Shown in pieces: positions 21,965 to 34,716 of a stretch of 64,000 nucleotides of DNA. The notes under the pieces were generated by a model. It had not been told where the DNA came from. It was given only the letters and a program-made list of their open reading frames with translations, and made no database searches. The number at the start of each line of letters is the position of its first letter. Positions within the stretch are counted from its first letter, which is position 1. The translations under genes and the position numbers were made by a program. Where the stretch lies: positions 256,001 through 320,000 of the forward strand of contig CAWGMQ010000005.1 of assembly GCA_963823665.1 (NCBI GenBank), in the 5' to 3' direction. This DNA comes from an uncultured Planctomycetota bacterium. Its GTDB lineage: Bacteria > Planctomycetota > Planctomycetia > Isosphaerales > Isosphaeraceae.

Positions 21965-23272
21965 ATGATTGATCGTGGACGTACAAAACGCTCTTTGCTT
22001 TTCTGCGGCCTTGAATCACTGGAATCCCGCCAGCTCATGTCGGTCTCCGCGCTTCCAAAACAAGCCCCGAGTTTCATTTACACCGAAACCGACAATTCCA
22101 ACCCCGGCGAGAACGCCGTGATTGCATTCCGCAACGATGGCCACGGCAAGGTCACACAATTTGGATCGTTCAAGACCGACGGCACGGGCCTCGCGAATCC
22201 CCAGGGACTGCTCGGACCGGATGATTCCGACAAGGAAGTCATCGCCAGCCCCGACGGGCGCCTCCTCTTCGCGGTCAACCAGGGAAGCAACTCCGTTGCG
22301 GTGTTTGCCGTCAAACCCAACGGTGCCCTCAAACTCGTGAATAATCAGGCCGTCAGCTCCGGCGGAACCGAGCCTGTCAGTCTCTCGATCGCCGATAACC
22401 GCCTTTACGTCGTCAATCGTGGAGACGAGGTCCAGGGCCAACCCGGCTCGATCGCTCCCACCATCACGGTTTTCACCATCCGGCCCGATGGCAATCTCAC
22501 GCCGGACTTCTCAGCCACGACGACGCTGCCAGTCGGCATTTCCCCCTCCCAGTTGCTCATCTCCTCGACGTCACACCTGGCGTTTCTCGACACCTTCACG
22601 CCCCCTCCGCTCAACAATGTGACCGACGCGAACGAGGTGCTGCCGTTCCAGATTGCTGCCAATGGCGCGCTCATTCCCGTTTCCAGCGGCGGACTGGGCG
22701 CGCCCGCGACGCCGCCGCTTCTTCTCGGCCTGGCAGAGCACCCGACGCAAAACATCATCTATGCGGGGCTAACCGGGGCCAGTCAGGTCGCCACCTTCAC
22801 GTTCGATGGCGCCGGCGATCTGAGCCTTGCCGGCACGGTGCCCGTTCAGGGTCACGGACCGTGCTGGACCGTCGTCAGCTCGAATGGAGCCTTCCTTTAT
22901 ACTGTCGACACCGGCACGAACAGCGTCGGCGTGTTCTCGCTGGCGAATCCCACGCACCCCGTTCAGATCCAGGAATTCGTGCTCGGCGGGCCATCGAATT
23001 CGACCGGCGACCCCACCGCCGCGCTCGAGGTCGCGCCCTTTGAATTTGCTCTCGACCCCAGCGGCAACACGCTCTATGTCATCGACCATCAGACTGATGC
23101 CGCGGGCAATTTTCCCCAAGGCAACGCGCTCCACGTTCTGTCGGTCGCGCCTAACGGCATCCTTTCCGAAAGCAGCAGCTCACCGCTCTTTCTTCCGCCT
23201 GACATTCCCGCAGGAGCCGACCCGCAGGGCGTTGCGGTGATTGCGGATCCCGCTCGGGTCACGGTACGATGA
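21965..23272 (+). CDS. Secreted lactonase-like 7-bladed beta-propeller
   Basis: LESLESRQLMS leader; SPDGRLLFAVNQGSNSVAVF, SGGTEPVSL, GPCW. Confidence 0.85.
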   Translation: MIDRGRTKRSLLFCGLESLESRQLMSVSALPKQAPSFIYTETDNSNPGENAVIAFRNDGHGKVTQFGSFKTDGTGLANPQGLLGPDDSDKEVIASPDGRLLFAVNQGSNSVAVFAVKPNGALKLVNNQAVSSGGTEPVSLSIADNRLYVVNRGDEVQGQPGSIAPTITVFTIRPDGNLTPDFSATTTLPVGISPSQLLISSTSHLAFLDTFTPPPLNNVTDANEVLPFQIAANGALIPVSSGGLGAPATPPLLLGLAEHPTQNIIYAGLTGASQVATFTFDGAGDLSLAGTVPVQGHGPCWTVVSSNGAFLYTVDTGTNSVGVFSLANPTHPVQIQEFVLGGPSNSTGDPTAALEVAPFEFALDPSGNTLYVIDHQTDAAGNFPQGNALHVLSVAPNGILSESSSSPLFLPPDIPAGADPQGVAVIADPARVTVR

Positions 23273-23980
23273 CCATGAAAATGGCGAATCAGTCTCGAAC
23301 CACCGTCAAGGACAGACCAGTAGCGCCGCCATTCGGCATCGCGCCGGGGCAGGGAGAAGACCCGCCCGGCGCGACCCGACGGGGCCCCTTTCCTCTCCCC
23401 CAGGCCGCTTCAACTCCCGGCTCGCCATCCATCCCCGAACAATGGCTCAGCCTCCACGGCGATGCGCTTTTTCGATATGCGCTCTTATTTGTCGGCGACG
23501 AACATCATGCCGAGGATCTGGTCCAGGAGACGCTGCTCGCGGCACTCGAAAGCCGCGAGCGCTACTCGGCCGGCGCTTCCGAGCGAACCTGGCTCATCGC
23601 CATTCTCCGGCACAAGGCGCTCGACGACCGTCGCCGCAATCATCGCCGCGACCAGTATCTTGCCGGCGTCGATCCCGCGGTCGAAGGCAACTTCAATCGC
23701 TTCGGAAAATGGCGCAAGCCGCCGGGCCGCTGGACGCCCGCTCCAGAAGTCGCTGCTTGAGTCACAAGAATTCGGGACGGTCTTTCAAAGTTGCATGACC
23801 GCTCTGCCGGTGCGCATGCGCGAGGCATTCGCATTGCGCGTGGTCGAAAGCCTTGACGCAACCGAAACCTGCCGGATACTGGAAATCTCAAGCGCCAATC
23901 TCTGGACACTGCTCTACCGGGCCCGCGAGCGGCTAAGGCGCTGTCTGGAAGGCAAGTGGTTTAGCAAAGAGGAACGCTGA
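23269..23980 (+). CDS. ECF RNA polymerase sigma factor; frameshift near 23755
   Basis: AEDLVQETLLAA, TWLIAILRHK (region 2); LPVRMREAF...ANLWTLLYRARERLRRCL (region 4). Confidence 0.88.
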
Positions 23981-23981
23981 T

Positions 23982-24242
23982 ATGTTCTCGTGCCGCCAAG
24001 CCGTCCGGCGGACTCTCGAAATGCTGGAACGCCGCCTTTCGCCGACCGAACGACTGGCTCGCTCGGCCCATATGGCGCTCTGCCGCCATTGCCGCGCCCA
24101 CTCGCGTCAAATCCACGGCCTCCTCTTCGTCCTCAAACCCCACGACAATCTCGCCGACGTCGCCCTGCCCCGCCTCTCCCCCACAGCCCGCGCCCGCATC
24201 GCCGCAGCCATCACCGCCGCAAATCCCCTGCCCCCAATCTAA
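23982..24242 (+). CDS. Soluble zinc-binding (zf-HC2/ZAS) anti-sigma factor
   Basis: N-terminal Cys (MFSC) plus HxxxCxxC (HMALCRHC); directly follows the ECF gene. Confidence 0.8.
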   Translation: MFSCRQAVRRTLEMLERRLSPTERLARSAHMALCRHCRAHSRQIHGLLFVLKPHDNLADVALPRLSPTARARIAAAITAANPLPPI

Positions 24243-24266
24243 AATCCGAAATCTGAAATCCGAAAT
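24242..24266. repeat. Heptamer tandem repeat (GAAATCY) between convergent genes
   Basis: AAATCC GAAATCT GAAATCC GAAAT read directly from the sequence. Confidence 0.7.
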
Positions 24267-24270
24267 TGAA

Positions 24271-26153
24271 TCAGTTTTCCGGGTACCATGGCACGTTGAT
24301 CACGATCACCCGCCGGAACCCGGAGAGCCGCAGATACGCCACCATCACCGCCGCCGTCTGGTTGTGCAGGATGTAGTGGTACCACTTGGTGCCGATCAAC
24401 TCCGGAATGATCACGGCGATGTCGCGGTCCGGGTGCGCTTTTCTCAAATCCGTGACAACCTCGATCAGCGGCTGATAAAGCCGTCGAAAGGGTGAATAAA
24501 TGATGATCAGCTTGGGCGCGGGTAGACCCGCCTTCTGCGCCGGCTCGCGCACCAGCCGATTCCAGCCGTCTTCAAGCGCCACCATCGTCTGTTCGTCACC
24601 CGCGATGTGCAGCGCATAGATTTCGTGCGAGATCTTCAGTGCGAAGTGAAGTGCCTTCCGTGTGATCATGCTCCAGCCGCGCATCGGCAGGAGGACGACC
24701 GGCGGAGACAGATGCTCGGCATCAAGCGGCTCGTCCGTCGCTAGCTCGCGTCCGATCTTGCGGTAGTGAATCTTGACCTCGTAGAAAACGAATCAAGAGT
24801 CCCGGCACGAGCAGGCACATGACCCAGGCACCCTCGAGAAACTTCGAGACAAGCACGACGACGAGCGTCACGCCGGTGCAAATCGCCCCGGCGGCATTGA
24901 AGACCATCGACTTCCGCCAGTGTTCGCCGCGAAGCCGATTCCAGTGCGCGACCATCCCCGCCTGCGAGAGCGTGAAGGCCAGGAACGCACCGACCGCGAA
25001 GAGCGGAATCAAATGATCGGTGATCCCGCCGAAGGCGACAAGAATTCCCGCTGCGAGAGCCGCCAGGACGAGAATGCCCTGCGAATACACGAGCCGGCGG
25101 CCTCGGTGGGCAAAGCTCGTCGGCAGAAAGCCATCCTGAGCGATCACCCGGCAGAGCCGCGGAAAATCGGCAAAGCCCGTGTTTGCCGAGAGTGCCAGCA
25201 CCACCAGGACCGAGCCGATCGTCACATAGTAGAAGAAGCCTCGGCCGATCACCGCGGCCGTCAGTTGCGAGAGAGTACTCTGGTATCCCGTCTTGGCCCG
25301 GCTCGGTCGCGCCGATTCCGTACACAGTCGCAAAGATATGCAATGCCGGCCAGCATCAGGCCCAGGAGCGCGATGATCGCCGTCAGTGTGCGTGTGGCAT
25401 GCCGAACGGCCGGCTCGCGGAAGGCGGTGACGCCGTTGCTCACCGCCTCGACGCCGGTCATCGCCGTGCAGCCGCTGGCAAAGGCCCGCATCAAGATCCA
25501 GAACGAAGCCGCGATCTCGGTCGGCACCCAGCGCCGCCGGCGGCACGATCGGAACGGGCCGTCCCCCCGCAAGCAGCGACTTGACCACGCCGATGGCGAG
25601 TACGCCCAGCAAGGAAACGATGAACAGGTACGTGGGAATCATGAACGCCGCTCCCGACTCGCGTACCCCGCGCAGGTTGATCAGCGTGATCATCGCCAGA
25701 ATGATCAGGCAGAGCGACAGCATGTGCGGCTGAAGTACCGGCAGCGCCGAGACCAGCGCCCCCACGCCCGCCGAAATGCCGACAGCCACGACCAGAACGT
25801 AGTCGAGCAAAAGCGCAGCCGCGGCAAAGAGACCGGCGCGTCACGCCCAGGTTCTCCTTGGCCACGGTGTACGACCCACCGCCGTGCGGATACGCCGAGA
25901 TCGTCTGCCGGTAGGAGAAATAGACGACCATGAGCAGCAGGATGATCAGCGTGCTGATCGGTCCGATGTGCGGATATCGGCGGCCGCGCCCAGCGGGATC
26001 AAGAGCGTCAGCGCCGCCTCCGGCCCGTACGCCGCCGATCCCAGCGCATCGAGCCCGAGCATCGGGTATGCCGGCGAGCACACCCACACGTTGCTCACCC
26101 TCTTCGTCTGTCGCCAGGTGGCGGCCGAAGAGATAGTCCAGCAGCGGCATCAT
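24271..26153 (-). CDS. APC-family KimA/YdaO-like K+ transporter; multiple frameshifts
   Basis: YPHGGGSYTVAKENLG, LDYVLVVAVGISAG, GCTAMTGVEAVSNG, ANTGFADFPRL, LIPLFAVGAF, C-terminal IPEL..KWYHYILHNQTA. Confidence 0.85.
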
Positions 26154-26172
26154 TCGTCCTTCGAAAGGAGAC

Positions 26173-27279
26173 TCAATATGCGTTGGCGGCGGTGGCGGGC
26201 AGATGAAAGAAGCCGACGCCCAGCATGCAGTAAATCGCGATCAACATCAGCCCCTCGAGCCAGGTCGATTCGCCGTCGTAGATCAGCAGCCGCGTGATGA
26301 ACACCGCCAGCACCACCGCCCACATTTCGTAGCGGGTGAAGAGCAGGTTCATGTCCTGGCCCAGGAACCAGCCGGCGAAGACCAGGATCGGCGCCACCAG
26401 AAGCGCAACCTGCGTGCTCGCGCCGACCGTGATGCCGATCGCCAGGTCCATCTTGTCCTTGCGGGCAAACCGGACGGCGTTCAACAGCTCGGCCGCATTA
26501 CCGACCGTCGCCAGCAGGAACACCCCCGCGAAGAGCGGCGTGAACCCCATCTTCTTGGCGGCGGGATCAACCGCGCCGGTGAGGATCTCGCTCATGAACG
26601 CCAGCGCGACCGAGACCAGCGCCAGAACGACGATCGCTTTGCCGCGGCTCCAGTGCACCTGCGGCTTGTCGTCTTCCGTCGTCGGCTCGCCTGCCTCTTT
26701 TTTCTCGGCCGTCACGCCCGCCTTGCCCACGACCGCCTTGTGGGTCGCCAGCGTGAAGACCAGGCTCGAGAGGTACACAATGAATAGAATGACGGCGATC
26801 TCTTTCGAGATATGCCGGGCTGGATTGTCCTCTCCCGGTCGGCGTGATGCCGTAGATCGCCGGCACGATCAGGCCGAACGTCGCGAGCACCAGCAGGGCT
26901 CCGTTGATCCGCGCCACGTGGGGCTCGAACTTCTGGGTCTTGACCTTGAGCCCGCCGGCGAGCATCGAAACACCCAGGCCCAGCAGCAGGTTGCCGATGA
27001 TCGAGCCCGTCAGCGACGACTTCACGATCCCGATCAATCCCCGCTTGAGCGCAAACACGCTGATGATGATCTCGGGCGCGTTGCCGAGCGTCGCATTGAG
27101 CAGCCCGCCGACCGTCGGCCCGAGATATTCCGCCAGCGCCTCGGTCGCGTCACCCATCGAGCCCGGCAAGCGGAACGATCGCCAGGGCCGAGACGACCGA
27201 ACAGCAAGATCGGGTCGACACCGATCCAGTCGAGAATGATCGCGACCGGAATGAAGATGAGCAGCCAGTTCAAGCGCAA
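26173..27279 (-). CDS. Ca2+/H+ antiporter (CaCA family, Cax/ChaA-like); frameshifts near 27170 and 26810
   Basis: GGLLNATLGNAPE, GSIIGNLLL, VGNAAE, GASTQVAL, DGESTWLEG. Confidence 0.9.
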
Positions 27280-27627
27280 GGGAATTCTCGATGCTCAAGG
27301 AAGTCAGCCGCCTCGTCTGCCGAATCGCGATCACATGCGGTCGCAGGGCGGCCCGAAGATCGTTCACAGGATAGCTTCTATACCGTGAAAGTTCATCAGT
27401 CTCGTTCAAAGTGAACTGCGGATCGCCTTGGTTGTGCAGGGAAAAAGGAGCGCGATGCCCGGTGGCAAGCGCCCGGATGCGATCCGAGCTTTCGCAAGCA
27501 CATCGATTGGTGGTATCCTGGATCGTCAGGCGGCAGCCGAACGCGAGCGCTTCGGCAAGCCCGCTCCGCCCTCGGGTTCGTCCGGGAGCGTTCATCATCG
27601 CCAGGCAGGGTCTCGTGAGGCTTCGCA

Positions 27628-30600
27628 ATGTCGATCGTCGTTGAACGCCCGTGGTTAACGGGCGGCTGTGCACTCGTGCTCGCGGCTCTGACGTTTGTCA
27701 CCGGGCTGGAGCGTTCCCCCAGCGCGTTCGCCGATGAGAAGACAGCGAGCAAGCCGGCAACAAAGATCCACGCGGTCAGCTTTCTGAACGAGGTGCCGCC
27801 CGATCCTGGCGCAGCATTGCTTTCAGTGTCACGGGCCCGACGAGTCCGCGCGCAAGGGAAAGCTTCGCCTCGATCTGAAGGAGAATGCTTTCGCCAAGCG
27901 CGACAGCAAGTACGTGATTGCACCGGGAAACCTCGACGGCTCACTCGCCTGGGAGCGGATCACGACCGATGACAAGGACGAGCGGATGCCGCCCGAAGGA
28001 AAGGCCGAGCCGCTCACGAAGAAACAGATCGCGACATTGAAGACCTGGATCGAACAGGGCGCCAAGTGGGAAGATCACTGGTCGTTCCTGCCGCCCAGGA
28101 AGCCAGCGGTTCCCGCGGTGCGTGACAAAGCGTGGGTGCGCGATCCGCTCGACGCCTTCGTGCTCGCGCGGCTCGATCACGAGCACCAGAAACCGGAACC
28201 GGAAGCAACTCGCGAAGCGTGGCTTCGCCGCGCGAGCTTCGACCTCACGGGACTTCCGCCGACCCCCGCAGGAGCTAGACGAGTTCCTCTCGGACAAGCA
28301 TTCCGACGCGTATGAGACGCAGGCGGATCGCCTCCTGAAGTCGAAACGTACGGTGAGCGCCAGGCCCAGGAGTGGCTCGACCTCGCGCGGTATGCAGACA
28401 CGAGCGGCTACCAGCACGACATGCCTCGCGCAGATCTGGAAATGGCGCGATTGGGTCGTCGACGCGTTCAACGCGAACATGCCGTTTGATCAGTTCACGA
28501 TCGAGCAGCTCGCGGGCGATTTGCTCCCCAATGCGACGCTCGCGCAAAAGGTCGCCACAGGATTCAACCGCAATCACCCCACCAACAGCGAGGCGGGCGA
28601 GGAGGAAGACGAATACCGCTCTGCCTACGTGGTGGATCGCGTGAACACGACGGCGACGGTTTTCATGGGTGTCACACTCGCTTGCGCCCAGTGCCACGAC
28701 CACAAGTACGACCCACTCAGCCAGCGAGACTACTACTCGTTCTACGCGTTCTTCAACAACATCAAGGAACGCGACTCCGAGTTCAGCAAGCCCGCGGCCG
28801 TCCGATTCCTGTCCCCAGCCCCGATCAGGAGCCGAGGCTCGCCGATCTCAAAGCGCGCATCGACGCGCTCAAACAACGACTCGAGCGCGATGACTCGCCA
28901 CGGACGCAGCCCAGAAAGAATGGGAAAAGAAGACACTCGCCAGGCTCGGCAAGCCGATCGAGTGGACAACCCCACCGCTCTCGGGAATGCTCTCTCGCGG
29001 CGGCTCGCAGTTGAAGCCGCTCGCCGACGGCTCAATCCTGTCAACCGGCCCGGCGCCCGTCAAAGACACGTACGACATCATGTTGCTCCCAGGGAAGAAG
29101 CGCATCACGGCGCTGCGGCTCGAGGTCTTGCCCGATGACAGCACGCCCGGAAAAAGGACTCGGACGCGCATCCGACGGCCGCTTCGTCTTGTCGGCGATC
29201 GAGATTCGCAACACGACGTTTTCCGAAAGCCAGGATCCGCCCCTCGTCTACCTGTCGCTGGCACAGGCCGACATCAACCAGAAACCGAAGGAAGAGCCCG
29301 CCCCCAACGACATCCCACCAGGGCCGCTCGAAGCAGCAATCGTGATCGAGCCCCTGGGCGGCGGCGCGGCGCCTGAGAGTCGATCCGTATGGCGGTTGGA
29401 GCATCGTCGACGACGAGCGCAAGAAGCCGCATGAAGCGATCTTTCTACCGCTCGAGCCTCTCGAGACGAACGAGGCGTCCGTACTTCGCTTCTCGCTGCA
29501 CCAGACGTCGGCCTTCCGGTTCAAGAGCTTGATCGGCCGTTTCCGCATCACTTACACCGAGGACGATCGAATCCGCGAGCTGATGCTCCCTGCCCAGTCC
29601 AAGCTATGGAGCTCGATCGGCCCATTTCCCGCGCAGGACGTCACGAAGGCCTACACGACGGTGTTCGAGCCGGAGAAGGATATAAAGAACGAGCCGCTCG
29701 ACCTGAAGAAGAGCTTCACAAAGGTCACGCCCCCACCCGCCGGCCCGGAGGGCACCGAGAAACCCGCGCCGGCCACCACGCCCGCGAAGCCGGCCGGAGA
29801 CACGAAGCGTGCCAAGAAAGAAGCTCCCGCGACGGCCAAGGATTCCACACGCCAGGCCCCCGTCGCCAAAGTCGACGTTTCCGCGACAGGCGCGGCCCCG
29901 AGTGATGCAAAACCGGCTGCGAAACGCGCGAGCCGGCGACACATCCAAGATCCGACGCAGCAGGGCAAACCAAGCGCCGTAGCGCGCAAGGAGAACAACG
30001 GCACTCCCGTCGGGCCTGCGGAGAAACCGTCTGGCGAAGCGACAAAAGAGACCAAGACCGAACCGAAGCCCGAAGTCGCGATGGCCCAGTCCAAGGACGC
30101 ACAGAAGGCCGCCGCGGCCAAACCGAAGCCCGATAAAATCACGTGGACCGAGCAACGAAAATGGCGCGACGGAACACCGGCACGCCTGCAGGGCGCCAAC
30201 TCCGCTTACTATCTCGCCCGCAAGATCGTGGCAACTCGCCCGCGCACCGCGATGGTCGAGATTGACGGACCAGCGGGCTTCCGCCTCTGGATCAATGGAG
30301 AGCTGGCACAGACCTCGGCTCCCCCGCCGCCCCCTGTCCCGCCAAAGCAAGCTGACGCCAAGCCGGCCGCCCCGGCAAACAGCCCCGACGCAAAGACCGA
30401 CGAGAAAGACGATGACGAGAAAGAAGAGCCAGTCCTTCCCGAAATCAACGATACAACGTTTGATGCGTCGACGGGACGTGCCCAAACCAATCCCGCGAAA
30501 AAGTTCCGCATCGGCCTCCGCCAGGGAGATAACGAGATCGTCGTGAAGATCGTGTTCGGAGGAGACGCCAGCCCTCCTGCCCGTCGCGTCTTGCCCCCCG

Positions 30601-32180
30601 GCGCCGGAATGGGGCCGGGCGAACCAGGCGGCGGCCCCAGGGGTGGCGGGTCGTTCACGTTCACGATCACCCCGGAGGGCGACGACGTCCTCACCCATGA
30701 GGTCGCGACGGCTCTTCGCCTCGAGGCCAAGAAGCCTGCTGCGGGCCCAAGCCTAGCGCGCCATCGCATTGACTCCGACGCCAACCGCGTCGCCGTCCAA
30801 GATTCCTGCCACCGATGCTTCAAGCAAGGGCGACGATGCAAAGCCTTCCGCGAAGCCAGAGCCGCTCTCCAAGGTCAGCAAGGTCGGCGAAAAATCGGCG
30901 CCGTCCAAGCCTCACGAGGAGGAAAATAAGCTGACACCGTCGGAGCGGCGGAAAAAAGTCTTGCGCGAATACTATCGGTCGCATATCGACCCAGTCGGGC
31001 GCATCGTCGCTGAAGAACTCGCCAAGCTCAAGGACGAGGAGACGATCATCAAACAACGACTGCCGCAGACGCTCGTGATGGAGGAGCTGGAGAAGCCGCG
31101 GCAGGCATACATCTTCCAGCGCGGCATTTACAAGAATCGCGGCGAGAATGTGAATCCGGCGACCCCGGCCGTGCTGCCTCCCATGCCGAAAAGTGCGCCA
31201 CGCAACCGGCTAGGGCTCGCGCAGTGGCTCGTTTCCGAACCAGCATCCGCTCACCGCGCGCGTCCTGGTCAACCGCGTCTGGCAGCAGTACTTCGGCGTC
31301 GGAATCGTCAGGACGGCGGAGGACTTCGGCACCCGCGGCGAGCTCCCCACGAACCCCGAGCTCCTCGATTATCTCGCCACGGAGCTCGTCGAGGGCAAGT
31401 GGGACCTGAAGAAGCTCCACAGGCGAATCGTGTTGTCGGCGACCTATCGCCAGGCGTCGACGACTTCGAAAGCCAAGCTCGATCGCGACCCGGAAAACCT
31501 CCTTCTCGCCCGCGGTCCGCGGCTCCGCCTGACCGCCGAGATGGTTCGGGACAATGCGCTGGCCGTCTCGGGGCTCCTCGTCGAGAAGCTCGGCGGCGAG
31601 AGTGTCAAGCCCGTGCAGCCCAGGAACGCCTGGAAGACGGTCGAAGGCTTCATGGCCAACGTCTATCGGCGCGACCGCGACGAGAAACAGTACCGGCGTG
31701 CGATCTATGTCTACTGGAAACGCGGCTCGCCCTATCCGTCCATGCTCAACTTCGACGCGGTCAAGCGAGATAGCTGTACGGTGACGCGCGTCACCACCAC
31801 GACACCTGTACAAGCCCTCACACTACTCAACGACCCGGTGTACGTCGAGTGCGCGAAGATGCTGGGCCAACGGATGCTCAAGGACCGGGAAGCGCTCCGC
31901 CGCACTCGCGATCTGACCAAGCCCGAGGAAGACGCCAAACGCCTCGCCTACGGCTTTCGCCTGTGCACGTCACGGCTGGCGAGCGAGCAGGAACTGCAGA
32001 TCCTCGCGCAAGCTTCTGGACGAGCAGCGCGCCCAGTTCAAGGCGGACACGACCGCGGCCAAGAAGCTCCTCAATGTGGGTGACGCAAAGGTCGACGAAA
32101 CGCTCGACGCCGCCGAGACGGCCGCATGGGCGTGCGTCGGCAGCGCGCTCTTGAATTTCGACGCCACGATCCACCGCTAG
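27628..32180 (+). CDS. Very large DUF1549/DUF1553 (PSD1) cytochrome c protein with Pro/Ala/Lys-rich inserts; many frameshifts
   Basis: CFQCH near 27820, CAQCHDHKYDP, MPFDQFTIEQLAGDLLP, RNRLGLAQWL, RLRLTAEMVRD, TTTPVQALTLLND. Confidence 0.88.
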
Positions 32181-32250
32181 CAACGCGGCACCTCGGCCGC
32201 GACATCAATCGGTCCACGAACGACGCTTCCAGGCTCCCGAGGTTCTTGAT

Positions 32251-33718
32251 ATGAAAGTCTTTCCCTCGAGTTTCCAACCAGTCAGCACAACCGATCTCGC
32301 GCGACGCGCTTTCCTCGGCACGAGCGCCTTGAGCCTTGGCTCGATCGCGCTCTCGAGCCTGCTGGCTCGACGCAAGTGCCGGCGGGGTGCCTTCACTTGC
32401 TCAAGGCGACAACACGCCGACCTACAAGCTCCCGAGCGCAACCGCGAAGCGAGTCATCATGATCTTTGCGGCCGGCGGCCTGTCGCAGCAGGACCTCTTC
32501 GACGAGAAGCCGCTGCTCAACAAACGCCGCGGCGAGGAGCTCCCTGACTCGGTGCGCAGGGGCCAGCGCATCACGGGTGTCACCGAAAAGCAGGGCGCGC
32601 TGCCGGTGGTCGGTTCGTGTTTCGACTTCAAAGCCTACGGCAAGAGCGGCCTCCGCTTGTCCGAGCTCTTCCGGGAGATGGGTGCGTTCGCCGACGACAT
32701 CTGCCTGGTGCGTTCCATGCAGACCGACCACGTTCTGCATGAAGCCGCGATGTCGATTTTCTTCACCGGTTCGATGCAGCTCGGCCGTCCGTCGTGGGGC
32801 TCGTGGGTGACGTACGCTCTCGGCACCGAAAACAAAGACCTGCCGGACTTCGTCGTGATGCTCTCGGGAAAGCGCGACGGCGGGTCGCCACCGCACCCGC
32901 GCATGTGGCACAACGGTTATCTGCCGGGACGCTACCAGGGTTGCCCGTTCCGCAGCGGAAAAGAGCCGGTTTTCTTCGTCTCGAACCCCGACGGAGTCGA
33001 CACCAAGACCCGACGGCGGATCCTGGACGCCGTCAAGGCGCTCGACGAGCGCGAGGCCGCGACGACCGGCGATCCGGAAGTGACCGCGCGGATTCACGCG
33101 TACGAGATGGCGGCTCGCATGCAGACGAGCGTCCCGGAGCTGACAGACCTCTCGAAAGAGCCGGCCGACGTGCTCGAGCAGTACGGCGCTGAGCCGGGCA
33201 AGGAGAGCTTCGCCAACAACTGCCTACTGGCGCGGCGACTTGCCGAGCGCGGCGTCCGTTTCATTCAGCTCATGGATAGCGGCTGGGACCACCACTACAG
33301 TATCCCCGTCGTGCTCAAGAAGAAAATGGAGGACGCCGACAAGCCAATCGCTGCCCTCCTGGGCGACCTCAAGCAGAGCGGTCTGCTCGAAGACACGCTT
33401 GTGATCTTCTGCGGCGAATTCGGCCGCACAAGCTACTGCGAGGGCCCCATGTCGTTCGCGAGCTACGGCCGCGATCACCACCAGCTCTGCGGCGGGCTGC
33501 TCCTGGCCGGCGGCGGCTTCCGCGGCGGCTTCAGCTACGGCGAGACCGACGAGTGGGGATGGGACGTCGTGAAAGACCCCGTACACGTTCACGACCTTCA
33601 AGCAACCGTGCTTCATGCACTCGGCCTCGACCACCTCCGGCTCGTGACCCGCTATCAGGGCCGCGACTTTCGACTGACCGACGTGGCCGGAAACGTGCTC
33701 AAGCCGCTGCTATCCTGA
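32251..33718 (+). CDS. DUF1501 protein with Tat signal; frameshift near 32365
   Basis: LARRAFL, AKRVIMIF..GG.SQ.DLFD.KP, WDHH, GEFGRT, GRDHH, VHVHDLQATVLH. Confidence 0.92.
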
Positions 33719-33773
33719 GCGGGCAATCGGCGGTACAGCTACAGATTCACTTTACTGGATACACGAGTCGTTC

Positions 33774-34716
33774 ATGATGACAACGCAATTCTCAATTTTG
33801 ATCGCTTGCACATTCCTCGGTGCTTGCGACGACACTCCAGACGGGCTCGTGCCGATCGAAAAGAGGGCGCAGGCCGCTATCCGTCTGGAAGGCTTTCCCG
33901 ATTGGCTGGAGATCGGCTTTGGCTCGCTCTGGGTTTCCAACGCGGGCCTTGGCGCCGTTCAGCGCATCGACCCAGGCACGAACAAGGTCATCGCCGAGAT
34001 CAAGGTGAAGAATCCCTGCGCCGCATGGCCGCCGGCTACGGTTCGATTGTGGGTCGCCAGCCGCAGAGACAAGTCGATTTACCGGATCGACGCACAGAGC
34101 AACAAGGTGACTGCCACGATCCCACTCACGATCGCAGATTCGGAAGCCAGCATCGCGGCCGGACGAGAGCGCGATCTGGGTTCTCTCGGATCAGAAAGGC
34201 GTTCTCTCGCGTATCAACCCCGAGACGAATGAAGTGGTCGCCCGCATCGACGTGAAGCCTTATTCCTACGCCGCAGCCACTGGATTTGAGGCGATCTGGG
34301 TCACGAATACGGGTCGACCGCGCTCGACGGAGAGCGGCTCTGTCCAGCGGATTGACCCCAAGAAAAACACGGTCGTCGCGACGATCACCGTCCGCGGTCA
34401 ACCACGCTTTCTCGCTGTCGGCGAGGGGGCCGTGTGGGTCCTGAACCAGGCGGACGGCACGGTCTCAAGGATCGACCCGAAGACGAACGAGGTGGTGGCA
34501 ACGATTGACGTCGGCGCACCCGGCCCGGGAGGTGACATCGCCGCAGGTGAAGGTGCGGTGTGGGTACGAGCGACCAGGGTTCTCTTATCAGTCATTGATC
34601 CCAAGACGAACAAGGTGGTCGCACGATTCGGACCTCCGCGCGGCAGCGGTGCTGTAAGAGCCGGGGATGGCAAGGTGTGGGTCTCGCGCATGACGTCAAC
34701 ATGGTGTGGTGTCTGA
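33774..34716 (+). CDS. YVTN/Vgb-like beta-propeller protein; frameshifted
   Basis: Repeats G.G.vWV.N...G.V.RIDP.TN.V.A.I.V. Confidence 0.8.
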
